A stretch of DNA of 64,000 bases from an uncultured Rhodospirillales bacterium. Lineage in GTDB: Bacteria > Pseudomonadota > Alphaproteobacteria > JAWKYA01. A program made the position numbers and the translations under genes. The notes beneath the pieces are model-generated. The model was not told where the DNA came from. It made no database searches and worked only from the letters and a program-made list of their open reading frames with translations. The stretch is from positions 381,391-445,390 of the forward strand of contig CAYNIC010000001.1 of NCBI GenBank assembly GCA_964397465.1, given 5' to 3'. Below are positions 37,992 through 47,128 of the stretch, piece by piece. The first letter of the stretch is position 1. Each line of letters begins with the position of its first letter.

Positions 37992-38002
37992 GGAGCCGCC
38001 TA

Positions 38003-38788
38003 TTATTTGGGGGTTGGCCAAACCGCTTTGCCGGGGCGCGACCCGCCATCGCCGGCTACGGCTTGATAGATGGAAAGCGCGGCGAGGGCCGCCGTATCGG
38101 CCCGCAAGACTCGCGGGCCCAAACCGACGGGGGTAACAAACGGCAGATCCCGAAAGGCGTCAAGTTCGACCGCTTCAAAGCCCCCTTCGGGACCAATCAA
38201 TAATGCGGTCGGGAGCTCGCTTCGCTCGGCGGCGACCGTAGCCAGGGATTGCGCGTCTCCCGTTTCGGCGCAAGCGAGAATGCGCCGCGGCGACGATTGC
38301 GGGTCACTGCGCCAGCTGCCGAACAGATCAAACAGCTTTACCGGCTCGGCGATGTCCGGCACCGACAGCCGTCCGCATTGCTCCGCCGCTTCAATCGCAT
38401 GGACGCGCAAGCGGCCGAGATTAACCCGATCGGCCACCGTGCGCCGGGTAAACACCGGCACCAACCGCGAGACGCCCAACTCCGTCGCCTTCTCGACCAA
38501 AAAATCGATGGGCGCGCGCTTGATCGGGGCAAACAACAACCATGGACCCGTCACGGAACTCTCGACTTCGCGCAGGTTATCCTCGACCCGCACCAAGGCC
38601 CCGCGCTTATCGATCCGGCGGATACGGGCGCGCCATTCGCCATGTGCGGCGTTAAACACGGCGATATCCGACTCAGCCGCCAAACGAAGGACATTGCGCA
38701 AATAATTTGCCCGGGCCTCATCTAACTCAAGGTCGATCCCCCGTTGCAGAAGCGCATCAACATAAAGACGGGTTTTAGGTGCAGGCAT
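38003..38788 (-). CDS. rsmE: 16S rRNA (uracil1498-N3)-methyltransferase
   Basis: It has an RsmE-type PUA-like N-terminus (RLYVDALL..., HYLRNVLRL-like NYLRNVLRL) and the C-terminal SPOUT motif LLIGPEGGF. Confidence 0.85.
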   Translation of the reverse strand: MPAPKTRLYVDALLQRGIDLELDEARANYLRNVLRLAAESDIAVFNAAHGEWRARIRRIDKRGALVRVEDNLREVESSVTGPWLLFAPIKRAPIDFLVEKATELGVSRLVPVFTRRTVADRVNLGRLRVHAIEAAEQCGRLSVPDIAEPVKLFDLFGSWRSDPQSSPRRILACAETGDAQSLATVAAERSELPTALLIGPEGGFEAVELDAFRDLPFVTPVGLGPRVLRADTAALAALSIYQAVAGDGGSRPGKAVWPTPK

Positions 38789-38998
38789 TGTCTTTCTCTT
38801 TTTACTTTGGCCTGCCATGCGGCATCCGGGGCATTCTACGACGTTAGAATAAGCGGGCGCTATAGCTTAGAAAGCCCTGGAAAGCTCATAGTTGGGGACG
38901 ATCCGCAGCAATTTAAAGATCTTGTTAAAGGCCTTGGCGCCGGCGCTGATCCTTGGCACCATAGGGGATGACCACTCCACCACATTCTTATCCCAGCC

Positions 38999-39919
38999 AT
39001 GAATAGAGGCTCCCCGATCGATATCCCTCAGGATAGTTGGGTTGATCGTCTCTTGCCGCAGCGGCTTCGCCCTTATGCGCAATTGGCGCGATTAGACCGG
39101 CCGATCGGAACCTGGCTTCTGCTTTTTCCGTGCTGGTGGGGTATTGCCCTGGCGCCACCGGGCGAGGGGACGCTTCGATACGTGGTGATCGCCGCCTTGT
39201 TCGCCGTCGGTGCGGTTGTTATGCGCGGCGCCGGATGCACCTATAATGATCTGGTTGATCGCGATATCGATGCGAAGGTCGCCCGAACCCGCACCCGACC
39301 GTTGGCAAGCGGCGCCGTTACCCCGCGGCGGGCCGTGATGTTCCTCATTCTGCAGCTCGCTATCGGCCTTGGCGTTCTGTTGGCTTTGGGATCGGCCACC
39401 TTGATGTGGGGCATCACCTCGTTGGGCTTGGTGATTATTTATCCCTGGATGAAGCGGATAACGTGGTGGCCGCAGTTATTTTTAGGGCTCGCCTTTAATT
39501 GGGGCGCCTTAATGGGCTATATCGCCGTCACCGGCCGATTTGATGTCGCGTGCTTATGGCTTTATATCGCCGGCATCGCCTGGACCCTGGGGTACGATAC
39601 GATCTACGCCCATCAAGACAAGGAAGACGATGCCTTGATCGGCGTCAAGTCGACGGCGCGGCTTTTTGCCGACAATAGCCGCAAATGGATAGGTCTTTTC
39701 TATGCGGCGACGATTATATTTCTGATGACGGCGGGTTGGGCGGCGGGGCTGACCTATGCCGCCCTTCCTTTCCTTTTCATCGCCGCCGGTCACTTGGCCT
39801 GGCAAGCGCTCACCGTAGATTTTTCCTCGCCCAGGGATTGTTTGACCAAGTTTAGATCCAATCGGTTTGTTGGATGGCTGGTTCTGATGGGGTTCATTGC
39901 CGGTCATTTCCGGTGGTAA
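38999..39919 (+). CDS. ubiA: 4-hydroxybenzoate polyprenyltransferase
   Basis: 306 aa, polytopic, with NDLVDRDIDAKVARTRTRPLASG (first Asp-rich motif) and YAHQDKEDD (second). Confidence 0.9.
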   Translation: MNRGSPIDIPQDSWVDRLLPQRLRPYAQLARLDRPIGTWLLLFPCWWGIALAPPGEGTLRYVVIAALFAVGAVVMRGAGCTYNDLVDRDIDAKVARTRTRPLASGAVTPRRAVMFLILQLAIGLGVLLALGSATLMWGITSLGLVIIYPWMKRITWWPQLFLGLAFNWGALMGYIAVTGRFDVACLWLYIAGIAWTLGYDTIYAHQDKEDDALIGVKSTARLFADNSRKWIGLFYAATIIFLMTAGWAAGLTYAALPFLFIAAGHLAWQALTVDFSSPRDCLTKFRSNRFVGWLVLMGFIAGHFRW

Positions 39920-40569
39920 CCTTAAGCTGCGATCAACGCTGGGAATTCATCCAACAACATACGGCTATTGCCGCACCTTCTCTGATCCCGGAAATCAGGC
40001 TGCATCTGGCGACCGAATTCACGCCGCTCTGGCAAGCGAACGAGCGCTTGTTGCAGGTCAACAATGTCGACCCGCCCTATTGGGCTTTCGCCTGGCCCGG
40101 CGGTCAAGCCCTGGCGCGTTATCTACTTGACCATCCGGAGACGGTCCGCGGCAAATCCGTTTTCGATTTCGGTTCCGGATCGGGATTGGTTGCGCTTTCG
40201 GCGGCAAAAGCCGGTGCGTCTCTCAGTATTGGAAACGATCACGACCTTTTCGCCGGCACGGCGATGGCGATGAATAGCGCGCTTAACAACATCAAGATCA
40301 CGGCGGATACATCAAACTATCTCGATCAAGCTGTCCCTGCAGAGATCATCGTCGCCGGTGATGTGTGCTATGAGCGCGAAGCTTCAAGCAAAATCCTGCC
40401 CTGGTTGCGACGCCTGGCTCGAGATCGTTATGTCCTTCTCGCCGATCCCGGGCGACATTACGCACCGACGAACGGGCTGAAAGAACTGGCGCGGTATGAG
40501 GTTCCTACCAGTTTAGACGTGGAGCAACATGCGATGCGCGCCACCACCGTGTGGCAGCTTCTGGCTTAA
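39874..40569 (+). CDS. class I SAM-dependent methyltransferase (Methyltransf_16/PrmA-like, COG3897-type)
   Basis: It has WAFAWPGGQALARYL and FDFGSGSGLVALSAAKAGA. The real start may be the GTG at 39913, which overlaps the ubiA stop. Confidence 0.7.
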   Translation: MAGSDGVHCRSFPVVTLSCDQRWEFIQQHTAIAAPSLIPEIRLHLATEFTPLWQANERLLQVNNVDPPYWAFAWPGGQALARYLLDHPETVRGKSVFDFGSGSGLVALSAAKAGASLSIGNDHDLFAGTAMAMNSALNNIKITADTSNYLDQAVPAEIIVAGDVCYEREASSKILPWLRRLARDRYVLLADPGRHYAPTNGLKELARYEVPTSLDVEQHAMRATTVWQLLA

Positions 40570-41441
40570 ACACCGGAAAATGGCTGCCGCGATATCGGCC
40601 GGTTGCCGCCATGGCCCGCCCCATAAGAAAAAACCTTATCCGCGTCGCTTATATCGCCCGGCAAGAAATCCGCCCCACCTTCAAGCGCTTTATAGTAAGG
40701 CGAAAAATCCGGAGCGGTTGCGTCAAACAACTGCTGAAAGCTGTCGATGACGAAATAGCTTTCCTGGAAGTCGTCGATTCGATACTCGGTGCGCATAATC
40801 CGCATGAGATCAAAACCGATGCGGTTTGGCGCGGGATCGCTTAAGGCAAAAACCGTTTCCCCAGGCGATGATAAAATTCCCGAACCGTAGATCCGCATTC
40901 CGGCCTCGGTGTGAATGAGACCGAACTCGACGGTATACCAATATAGCCGGGCCAAGCGCTTCAACGCTCCTTGCCTTAGCGCTTTCATGCCGCCGCGACC
41001 GTAGGCCTGCATGTAATCCGCAAAAACGGGATGAACCAAAAGCGGTACATGGCCGAAGATATCGTGAAAGACATCCGGCTCCTGGATGTAATCCATCTGC
41101 TCCTTCGTTCGAAGAAAACAGGTGGAGGGAAATCGGCGATGCGCCAAATGCTCAAAGAAAACGTCGTCAGGCACCAATCCCGGCACGGCAACAATCTGCC
41201 AGCCAGTGGCTTTATTCAGAACATCATTCAGACGACGAAAATCGGGAATGCCATTTGCGACAACGCCCAGCCGCTGCATCCCTGCAAGGAACTCGTCACA
41301 AGCGCGCCCCGGCAAAAGTTTTTCCTGCCTCTCAAACAACGCCTGCCATAAGCCGTGTTGTTCCGGCGTATAAAGCGACCATTGCTGATCAATGGTGTAA
41401 TCCGTCTTGTCTGACGGACGGCGATGAACATTAAGCACCAT
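40566..41441 (-). CDS. phhA: phenylalanine 4-hydroxylase
   Basis: It has the iron ligands HDIFGHVPLL and YWYTVEFGL, and the length fits bacterial PhhA. Confidence 0.9.
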   Translation of the reverse strand: MVLNVHRRPSDKTDYTIDQQWSLYTPEQHGLWQALFERQEKLLPGRACDEFLAGMQRLGVVANGIPDFRRLNDVLNKATGWQIVAVPGLVPDDVFFEHLAHRRFPSTCFLRTKEQMDYIQEPDVFHDIFGHVPLLVHPVFADYMQAYGRGGMKALRQGALKRLARLYWYTVEFGLIHTEAGMRIYGSGILSSPGETVFALSDPAPNRIGFDLMRIMRTEYRIDDFQESYFVIDSFQQLFDATAPDFSPYYKALEGGADFLPGDISDADKVFSYGAGHGGNRPISRQPFSGV

Positions 41442-41818
41442 AACCTCCACCGCTTTTGTTACGCCTATTGTAATGCCGATGATCGTTAAACGAGCATCAA
41501 CGGGTAGAGAATGTCACTAACACCCAAAAAACGCCTTATTTTAGCATTCAGGGACTTTTTCGGACGAGAACAAAAGAAGATTATACAAAAACTTCCACAG
41601 GCAATTAAATATAAAATTTTTTTAAATAAATAAACTTTCTATATAAAACAGCTAGTTAAAATACGTAAATTTTTATTTTCCACTACACAAAAAGTTGATC
41701 GTTATTTACGATTGAAATACTACCATAGGTAAGCTTAGATCCGCTCATCCAACCACAAGTTACATAAAAACAAGGTTGGGCTCCGATAAAAAAAATAAAA
41801 AAATGGAGGGACACTACG

Positions 41819-42772
41819 ATGACTACGCTTAAAAACCAGAAACTTTGCATGACTGGCCTTGCTGCCATTCTTGCGCTGACGACCTTTGCCTCGATTGGGG
41901 GAGCACAAGCTGCCACACCTGTGGGAGCCGCTGCAGCAACAGACAAAGCTGCAGAAATTGCCGAGGCTCGTTTTCAGAGCCATGTTAGACAAGGCTACTT
42001 GGACATCGCAAACTATGCCGCTGCCCGCACCGGCAGCATGCAACTTGCCGATTATTTCCGGACGAAAGCGGAATCAACTCAAAACCTGGGCTTGGTTAAC
42101 CCAGAAAACCCCGAGTACCTTGTCACGCTTAACGGCGTGAACATCGGCGAGGCCCGCGCCAAGCTCATTAGCAGCCTGACGGCGGACCAAATCGAACGCA
42201 ACCCGGAAATCGCCGCGGCAGCTTTGGTCAATTTCGATTGCTTTGTCCGCGAAATTGATCGCAGGGATGAAACCTGCCTGCAGAACTTCGCTATCTCCTT
42301 GGCAAGTTTGACCCAGGCGAACATGACGACGAAAATGGGCGAGCCGACCAACCCCGCGCCTACCGAGCCGCCAATGCCGGGCGATCCTGAAGTTCCCGAT
42401 CGCGTGGTGACAAATCCACCTACACCGACGACGCCAGGGATGCCATCAACCCCGCCGGTTCCGCCGAAGAATCCGCCGAACCACAATCCTGATCCGGAAA
42501 ACCCTGATCCGGAAAATCCAAACCCGCATGACCCATATCCTGGTCACCCCGGTCATCCGCCCACCTTCCCTGATGGCATAGGCGATGCGACGAGCGGTGA
42601 CGATCATCCTTGGCAAAGCGCCGGTCTTAGCGGCCATGGCGAAGGTTCCGGTGGCTATGATAACTCAAATAGAGATCCCGGCCCCTCTGCTTCGGATCAA
42701 GGAAGCAGCGCTCCGGACTCAAAGGATAAAGGCGATAAAGGGAACAATGATGACGGTGCCAATAATAACTAA
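41819..42772 (+). CDS. secreted protein: OmpA-family-type N-terminal domain followed by a Pro-rich then Gly/Ser/Asp/Asn-rich tail
   Basis: It has the signal peptide LAAILALTTFASIGGAQA. The N-domain ends ...ALVNFDCFVREIDRRDETCLQNF, which resembles the FDCW.EQQEEN...C motif I recall preceding the OmpA domain in alphaproteobacterial OmpA-family proteins. No OmpA domain follows. GGAGGG lies 8 nt before the ATG. Confidence 0.6.
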   Translation: MTTLKNQKLCMTGLAAILALTTFASIGGAQAATPVGAAAATDKAAEIAEARFQSHVRQGYLDIANYAAARTGSMQLADYFRTKAESTQNLGLVNPENPEYLVTLNGVNIGEARAKLISSLTADQIERNPEIAAAALVNFDCFVREIDRRDETCLQNFAISLASLTQANMTTKMGEPTNPAPTEPPMPGDPEVPDRVVTNPPTPTTPGMPSTPPVPPKNPPNHNPDPENPDPENPNPHDPYPGHPGHPPTFPDGIGDATSGDDHPWQSAGLSGHGEGSGGYDNSNRDPGPSASDQGSSAPDSKDKGDKGNNDDGANNN

Positions 42773-42846
42773 CCTCATCATACCCTCACCATTTCTGGAA
42801 GACTTTGCGAAGGGCTCATAGAAGCTCAGCACCAGAACGAACTTAT

Positions 42847-42875
42847 GGCCCGCCTTAACTGGCGGGCCCTTTTTC
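42847..42875 (+). terminator. rho-independent terminator
   Basis: GGCCCGCC, loop ttaact, GGCGGGCC, followed by CTTTTTC. It lies 75 nt after the stop at 42772. Confidence 0.7.
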
Positions 42876-43057
42876 GTGTCGAACAATCCGAACTTAAATA
42901 AAAATCAGCACAGCGGAGATGCGCCTATCTCTCCTAGGTTGTTTCTGTCGCCGTTTAACGGATGGCTTGACAGGAACCCTTATCGGGCCCATGTTTAACT
43001 TGTTATACACTTATAATATGTTATTTAAACATAAACACATACCGGATTGGTGATATC

Positions 43058-43627
43058 ATGGCTACACAGATTGCCGTTATTTATCATAGTGGTTATGGCC
43101 ACACCGCGGTCCAGGCTCAGGCTGTTGCCGAGGGCGTTAAAAGCATTCCCGACACGAAAGTCCTGTTGCTCACAGCCGATGAAGCATCGCGGCGATGGGA
43201 AGATCTGGCGGCGTCAGATGCACTGATTTTCGGCGCGCCGACCTATATGGGAAGTTTATCGGCCCCCTTCAAAGCCTTTATGGATGCATCAAGCAAAGCG
43301 TGGGAGAAGCATGATTGGGCCGACAAGCTCGCAGCCGGATTTACCAACTCTGCAAATTTAAACGGCGACAAAGAAATGGCGGTGCTGCAGCTGGCTATTT
43401 TTGCCGCTCAGCATGGAATGGTTTGGGTTAGCCCCAATGTCAAACCCGCCGGATTAACGCCGAAAGACGTGAATCGGCTAGGCGGATATTTAGGCGCCCT
43501 GGCGCAATCCGATTTTGACAAAGGACCCGATCTCGCACCACCCGACGGCGACAAGGCAACCGCCGTTCATTTGGGTAAACGCGTTGCGACCTTGGCGCAG
43601 CGCTGGGCAAAAAGCCGAACCCTTTAA
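43058..43627 (+). CDS. flavodoxin-fold NAD(P)H:quinone oxidoreductase (WrbA-like)
   Basis: 189 aa with IAVIYHSGYGHTAVQAQAV and FGAPTYMGS flavodoxin-like motifs. Confidence 0.8.
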   Translation: MATQIAVIYHSGYGHTAVQAQAVAEGVKSIPDTKVLLLTADEASRRWEDLAASDALIFGAPTYMGSLSAPFKAFMDASSKAWEKHDWADKLAAGFTNSANLNGDKEMAVLQLAIFAAQHGMVWVSPNVKPAGLTPKDVNRLGGYLGALAQSDFDKGPDLAPPDGDKATAVHLGKRVATLAQRWAKSRTL

Positions 43628-44091
43628 TGGGATCCGCGATGATACGGATGACCGGCGAGAATCTGCTGAGCGCGATAAAGCTGCTCCACCAGCATCACCC
43701 GCGCCAGAAGATGGGGCCAGATCATCGCCCCCAGCGATAGGCGAAGCTGGGATCGCGCCAAAATATCGTCGCTTAAGCCATCAGCACCGCCGACGATGAA
43801 GCATATGTCGCGCATTCCGCCATCTTGGTGCTGCCGCATGAAGGCCGCCAGGTTTTCGCTAGAAAATATTTTACCGCGAGGATCCAAGGCGACCACATAG
43901 GAGGCTTCGGGAATCTTCTCGGCAAGCAGCTCGCCCTCCCGCTGACGCAAGAGCAACGGCGACAACGCCTTGCGTTCATCAACTTCGATAACGGTTATGG
44001 GAGACGTAAAGCGGCGAAGATAGTCCTGCAGAAGCGCCTCAAAAGGCGTGCCGCGTATTTTTCCCACGGCCATCACGGTCAGGCGCAACAT
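43624..44091 (-). CDS. rlmH: 23S rRNA (pseudouridine1915-N3)-methyltransferase
   Basis: 155 aa with a SPOUT fold, FIVGGADGL and HPYHR at the C-terminus. Confidence 0.9.
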   Translation of the reverse strand: MLRLTVMAVGKIRGTPFEALLQDYLRRFTSPITVIEVDERKALSPLLLRQREGELLAEKIPEASYVVALDPRGKIFSSENLAAFMRQHQDGGMRDICFIVGGADGLSDDILARSQLRLSLGAMIWPHLLARVMLVEQLYRAQQILAGHPYHRGSH

Positions 44092-44137
44092 GACGTTCTC
44101 CTGCCCACCTGCGTGGTGCGAATTTCAGAGCGCGGCC

Positions 44138-44563
44138 TTAAGCGCGAGCCGTCGCCGCCGGGCTGCGTTTCGTCCGACGGCGTGGCGCCGCCTCCGTAGC
44201 CGCATCATCAACCGGAGCAGCCACACTCCACAGTTTTTCTAGATTGTAAAAATTACGAACCTCGGGGCGGAACAGGTGCACGACGGCGTCACCTGCATCG
44301 ACCAGAACCCAGTCAGCCTGAGGCAAACCTTCGACATGCGGGCTATCAAAGCCTGCGGCCTTAAGGCGTTCAACAAGATGTTGGGTCATGGAAGCAATGT
44401 GGCGGCTGCTGGTGCCAGAAACAATAATCATATGATCGGTGAAGCTGGCTTTGCCGGTCAAATCGATGGTGAAAATCTCGATCCCTTTGTCGGCGTCAAG
44501 CGACGCCTCGATCAGGCTACGGACGTCGGAAGATTGCGCGGCCGTATTCGGTTTTTTGGCTAT
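44138..44563 (-). CDS. rsfS: ribosome silencing factor
   Basis: It has DHMIIVSGTSSRH and the ...LEKLW motif. The 5' end is uncertain. The ORF track starts at the TTG at 44461, but conserved N-terminal RsfS sequence continues upstream to an ATA at 44563, 6 nt after GGAGGAG. Confidence 0.85.
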   Translation of the reverse strand: MAKKPNTAAQSSDVRSLIEASLDADKGIEIFTIDLTGKASFTDHMIIVSGTSSRHIASMTQHLVERLKAAGFDSPHVEGLPQADWVLVDAGDAVVHLFRPEVRNFYNLEKLWSVAAPVDDAATEAAPRRRTKRSPAATARA

Positions 44564-44676
44564 GGTTTACTCCTCCAGTTAAGATGCTGCTCAAGACCCA
44601 GAGTCAACGTCCTCATCTGATAAGAGTTCCGCTTGTTTGCCAATCCGCTGCGGTTCCTTTCACCGATACATTAACC

Positions 44677-45297
44677 CTAGGTTATTCGGGCACGCTGCTG
44701 CGCCCGAATTGCCGAGGCCGAAGCCGGATTGGCACGAATGTGAAAGAACACCCATGCCGGCGGTTTTGCAGATCCTAGACCTTTCGCCGTCCCTTTATGG
44801 GGTTTCCAGCGAAACCGGCCAAACCGCCGCGCTGCGACACCAGCAAGTACCTTAAAATTATAAGGCGCGCGCGCAAAGACTGCAACGGGCGTATGCTGAA
44901 AAATCCGCAGCCATTTCGCCCAATTTGCAATTTGCCCTAAATTATCCGCCCCCATCAGCCAAATAAACCGATCCTTAGGATAGCGGCGCCGAAAGCACGC
45001 CAAGGTATCTGCCGTATACCGCGTACCAAATTTCGCCTCTAAATTGCTGACCCGCATTTTTGGGTGGCGCGCCGCGGCCTCTGCCCATTTCAACCGCTGG
45101 GAAAAAGAGGCCATACCGCGGGTGGGCTTTAGCGGATTCTGCGGGGAGACCACCCACCAAACAAAATCCAGATCCAGACGACGCAAAGCCTCTTCCGCGA
45201 TTTGCCGATGACCGGCATGGGCGGGATTAAAGGATCCGCCCAGCAGCCCGATCGTCCGACCGCCTTGCGTGCGAAGCCTCTGCCGTTGCCCTATCAT
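44677..45297 (-). CDS. nadD: nicotinate-nucleotide adenylyltransferase
   Basis: It has the GLLGGSFNPAHAGH (H/T)xGH motif and sits in a nadD-rsfS-rlmH arrangement. Confidence 0.9.
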   Translation of the reverse strand: MIGQRQRLRTQGGRTIGLLGGSFNPAHAGHRQIAEEALRRLDLDFVWWVVSPQNPLKPTRGMASFSQRLKWAEAAARHPKMRVSNLEAKFGTRYTADTLACFRRRYPKDRFIWLMGADNLGQIANWAKWLRIFQHTPVAVFARAPYNFKVLAGVAARRFGRFRWKPHKGTAKGLGSAKPPAWVFFHIRANPASASAIRAQQRARIT

Positions 45298-45362
45298 ACC
45301 GCCGCCGTCTCCACGCCTTTGTTTATTGACGCTACCGTTTCAAGCTTTATTGGCGCAACCCC

Positions 45363-46241
45363 TTATTGGCGCAAACCGCGACAGAGCGTCAGATATTCCG
45401 GCGTATTGTCCGGAGTAATCACACCGTGCCGAATAAGAAAATCGATGGCGACAAGGTTGCAATTGAATTTGAATTCCTGCGTGTCGCGGATCTTTTCGGC
45501 AAATTCCTTCACCGGCCACAGATGAAATGACTCAATTTCACCATCGGTATTATACGGCGTAAATCCGGCGGGCAATTCCAGATCGAAGCAAAACTGCACA
45601 TCAGGCTTTAAGGTTAGAAATCCGGCGGGAGTGGTTTCGCTATAGGTATAAGAGACGATCCCTACCGGCCGCGCTTGCCTGGCCAAATCCGCAGGGATGG
45701 CGGCTTCCTCAGCGCATTCCTTCGTAAGATTTTCGGCAATGCTATAACCGACCGGCATACCGCCCGCAACCGTATTATCCCACATGCCGGGATAAGTCGG
45801 CTTGTTGCGCGCCCGGCGAGCAACCCAAACATAAAGCCCTTCTGGTTTCTTTACATAACCCGTCATGTGAACGCCAAAGGCACGAATGCCAAACAGCGGG
45901 ATGGCCGCGCGCTCCAAATGAAATAACGGCGCGGCTTTGCCCGGCATATCGGCCGCTGCATAGACACCAAACAGCTCTTCGCGCCAGCCAGTGATAAAGT
46001 CGGCAGCAGCCAGATCGCGCATTACTTTATCCAACCGCTCGGTCCGCGCATCCGCATCCTTCAGCTTGGGATCCAAGTCAACCGCCGTATCCGTGATGAG
46101 AAATGCCCCGTCGCCGCGAATTTTTAAAATCTCGATGAAATTCTTGCCGATGTGACCCACCGTTTCTCCCGCAACGCGGAAGGGACGAAAGGCGTCTAGG
46201 GAAGCGTTGTTACAGGCGTTTATGCGATCGAGGAATGACAA
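45363..46241 (-). CDS. NUDIX hydrolase with an N-terminal accessory domain
   Basis: It has the Nudix box GGMPVGYSIAENLTKECAEEAAI (Gx5Ex7REUxEExGU-like). Confidence 0.8.
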   Translation of the reverse strand: MSFLDRINACNNASLDAFRPFRVAGETVGHIGKNFIEILKIRGDGAFLITDTAVDLDPKLKDADARTERLDKVMRDLAAADFITGWREELFGVYAAADMPGKAAPLFHLERAAIPLFGIRAFGVHMTGYVKKPEGLYVWVARRARNKPTYPGMWDNTVAGGMPVGYSIAENLTKECAEEAAIPADLARQARPVGIVSYTYSETTPAGFLTLKPDVQFCFDLELPAGFTPYNTDGEIESFHLWPVKEFAEKIRDTQEFKFNCNLVAIDFLIRHGVITPDNTPEYLTLCRGLRQ

Positions 46242-47033
46242 TTAACTCGCCTGCAGTATTGCAAAGGCCGCGTTGAGCTGACTCATGCGGCCATGGTCGC
46301 CAAAGCCACCGTCAGGATGGTGAATACGAGCCAAAAGCCGATACCGCTCCTTAAGAAGCCGCGCGTCGGGCTGAGCAAACGGCGGAAAGCCCAAGACGAA
46401 CAAAGCCTCCGCGCGATTGCGCACTCCACCCTCAAGCGGCGGAAACGATAGATCATTAATCACTTGCCGCATGCGGCGGTTTTCATCCTCGACCCGCGCC
46501 AACTTTTGCGACATCTCCGTCATCGCACCGGGCGCCATGGTCGCCACGGCCGGCGCCGACGGATCGACGAGCTTAAGACCCACCGCGCTTTTGTCCATCG
46601 CCAAGGCCAAGGCCAATGACTTTCGAATGGTCTCGGCCTTAAGACCATCCGGCAATCGCGCTTGAATGCGCGGCTTACGTTTAAGAACGCGATTTTTTGA
46701 CGGACCGGAGAGCAACACCACCTCTTCGCGGTCACTTGCCATCGGGCCGCCCGGATCAGGGCAGGCCTCAATGATGCGCGCATCGATGACATAAAGGACG
46801 GCGCGCACAATATCGGCGATGCCAACACTGCGCCGGCGTGCCAAGGCGGTCACCGCATCGCGAAACGCACTTGAACAAGCCACGGCATAGGTGCGGGAAA
46901 GAGGACTTTCGGTGCCATCCCCTTTCGGCGTCTCTGCGGCGCTATGGTCCTGCCCATTTGGCCACGGCGATGCCCGCTCGGACGTTCCCGTCCCAGCCGC
47001 AGAGCCATAGCCGTCGGCGTGCAAGGTTTCCAC
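46242..47033 (-). CDS. J-domain protein (J domain at the C-terminus)
   Basis: The C-terminus reads LLKERYRLLARIHHPDGG...LNAAFAIL, with an HPD tripeptide. I did not recognise the N-terminal approximately 190 aa. Confidence 0.65.
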   Translation of the reverse strand: METLHADGYGSAAGTGTSERASPWPNGQDHSAAETPKGDGTESPLSRTYAVACSSAFRDAVTALARRRSVGIADIVRAVLYVIDARIIEACPDPGGPMASDREEVVLLSGPSKNRVLKRKPRIQARLPDGLKAETIRKSLALALAMDKSAVGLKLVDPSAPAVATMAPGAMTEMSQKLARVEDENRRMRQVINDLSFPPLEGGVRNRAEALFVLGFPPFAQPDARLLKERYRLLARIHHPDGGFGDHGRMSQLNAAFAILQAS

Positions 47034-47128
47034 GTAATCACCACATGCTGTAGGTGCCTGGTTTTATCACATCTAGGATTGGGGTGGGAAGAGATTTGTT
47101 CCTTTCTCTAGGAAGGAATCCCAAGGCT

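Noticed and set aside
38070-38705. A 211-aa plus-strand ORF.
   Set aside because: It is antisense to rsmE and has a Ser/Arg/Ala-rich composition with no motifs.
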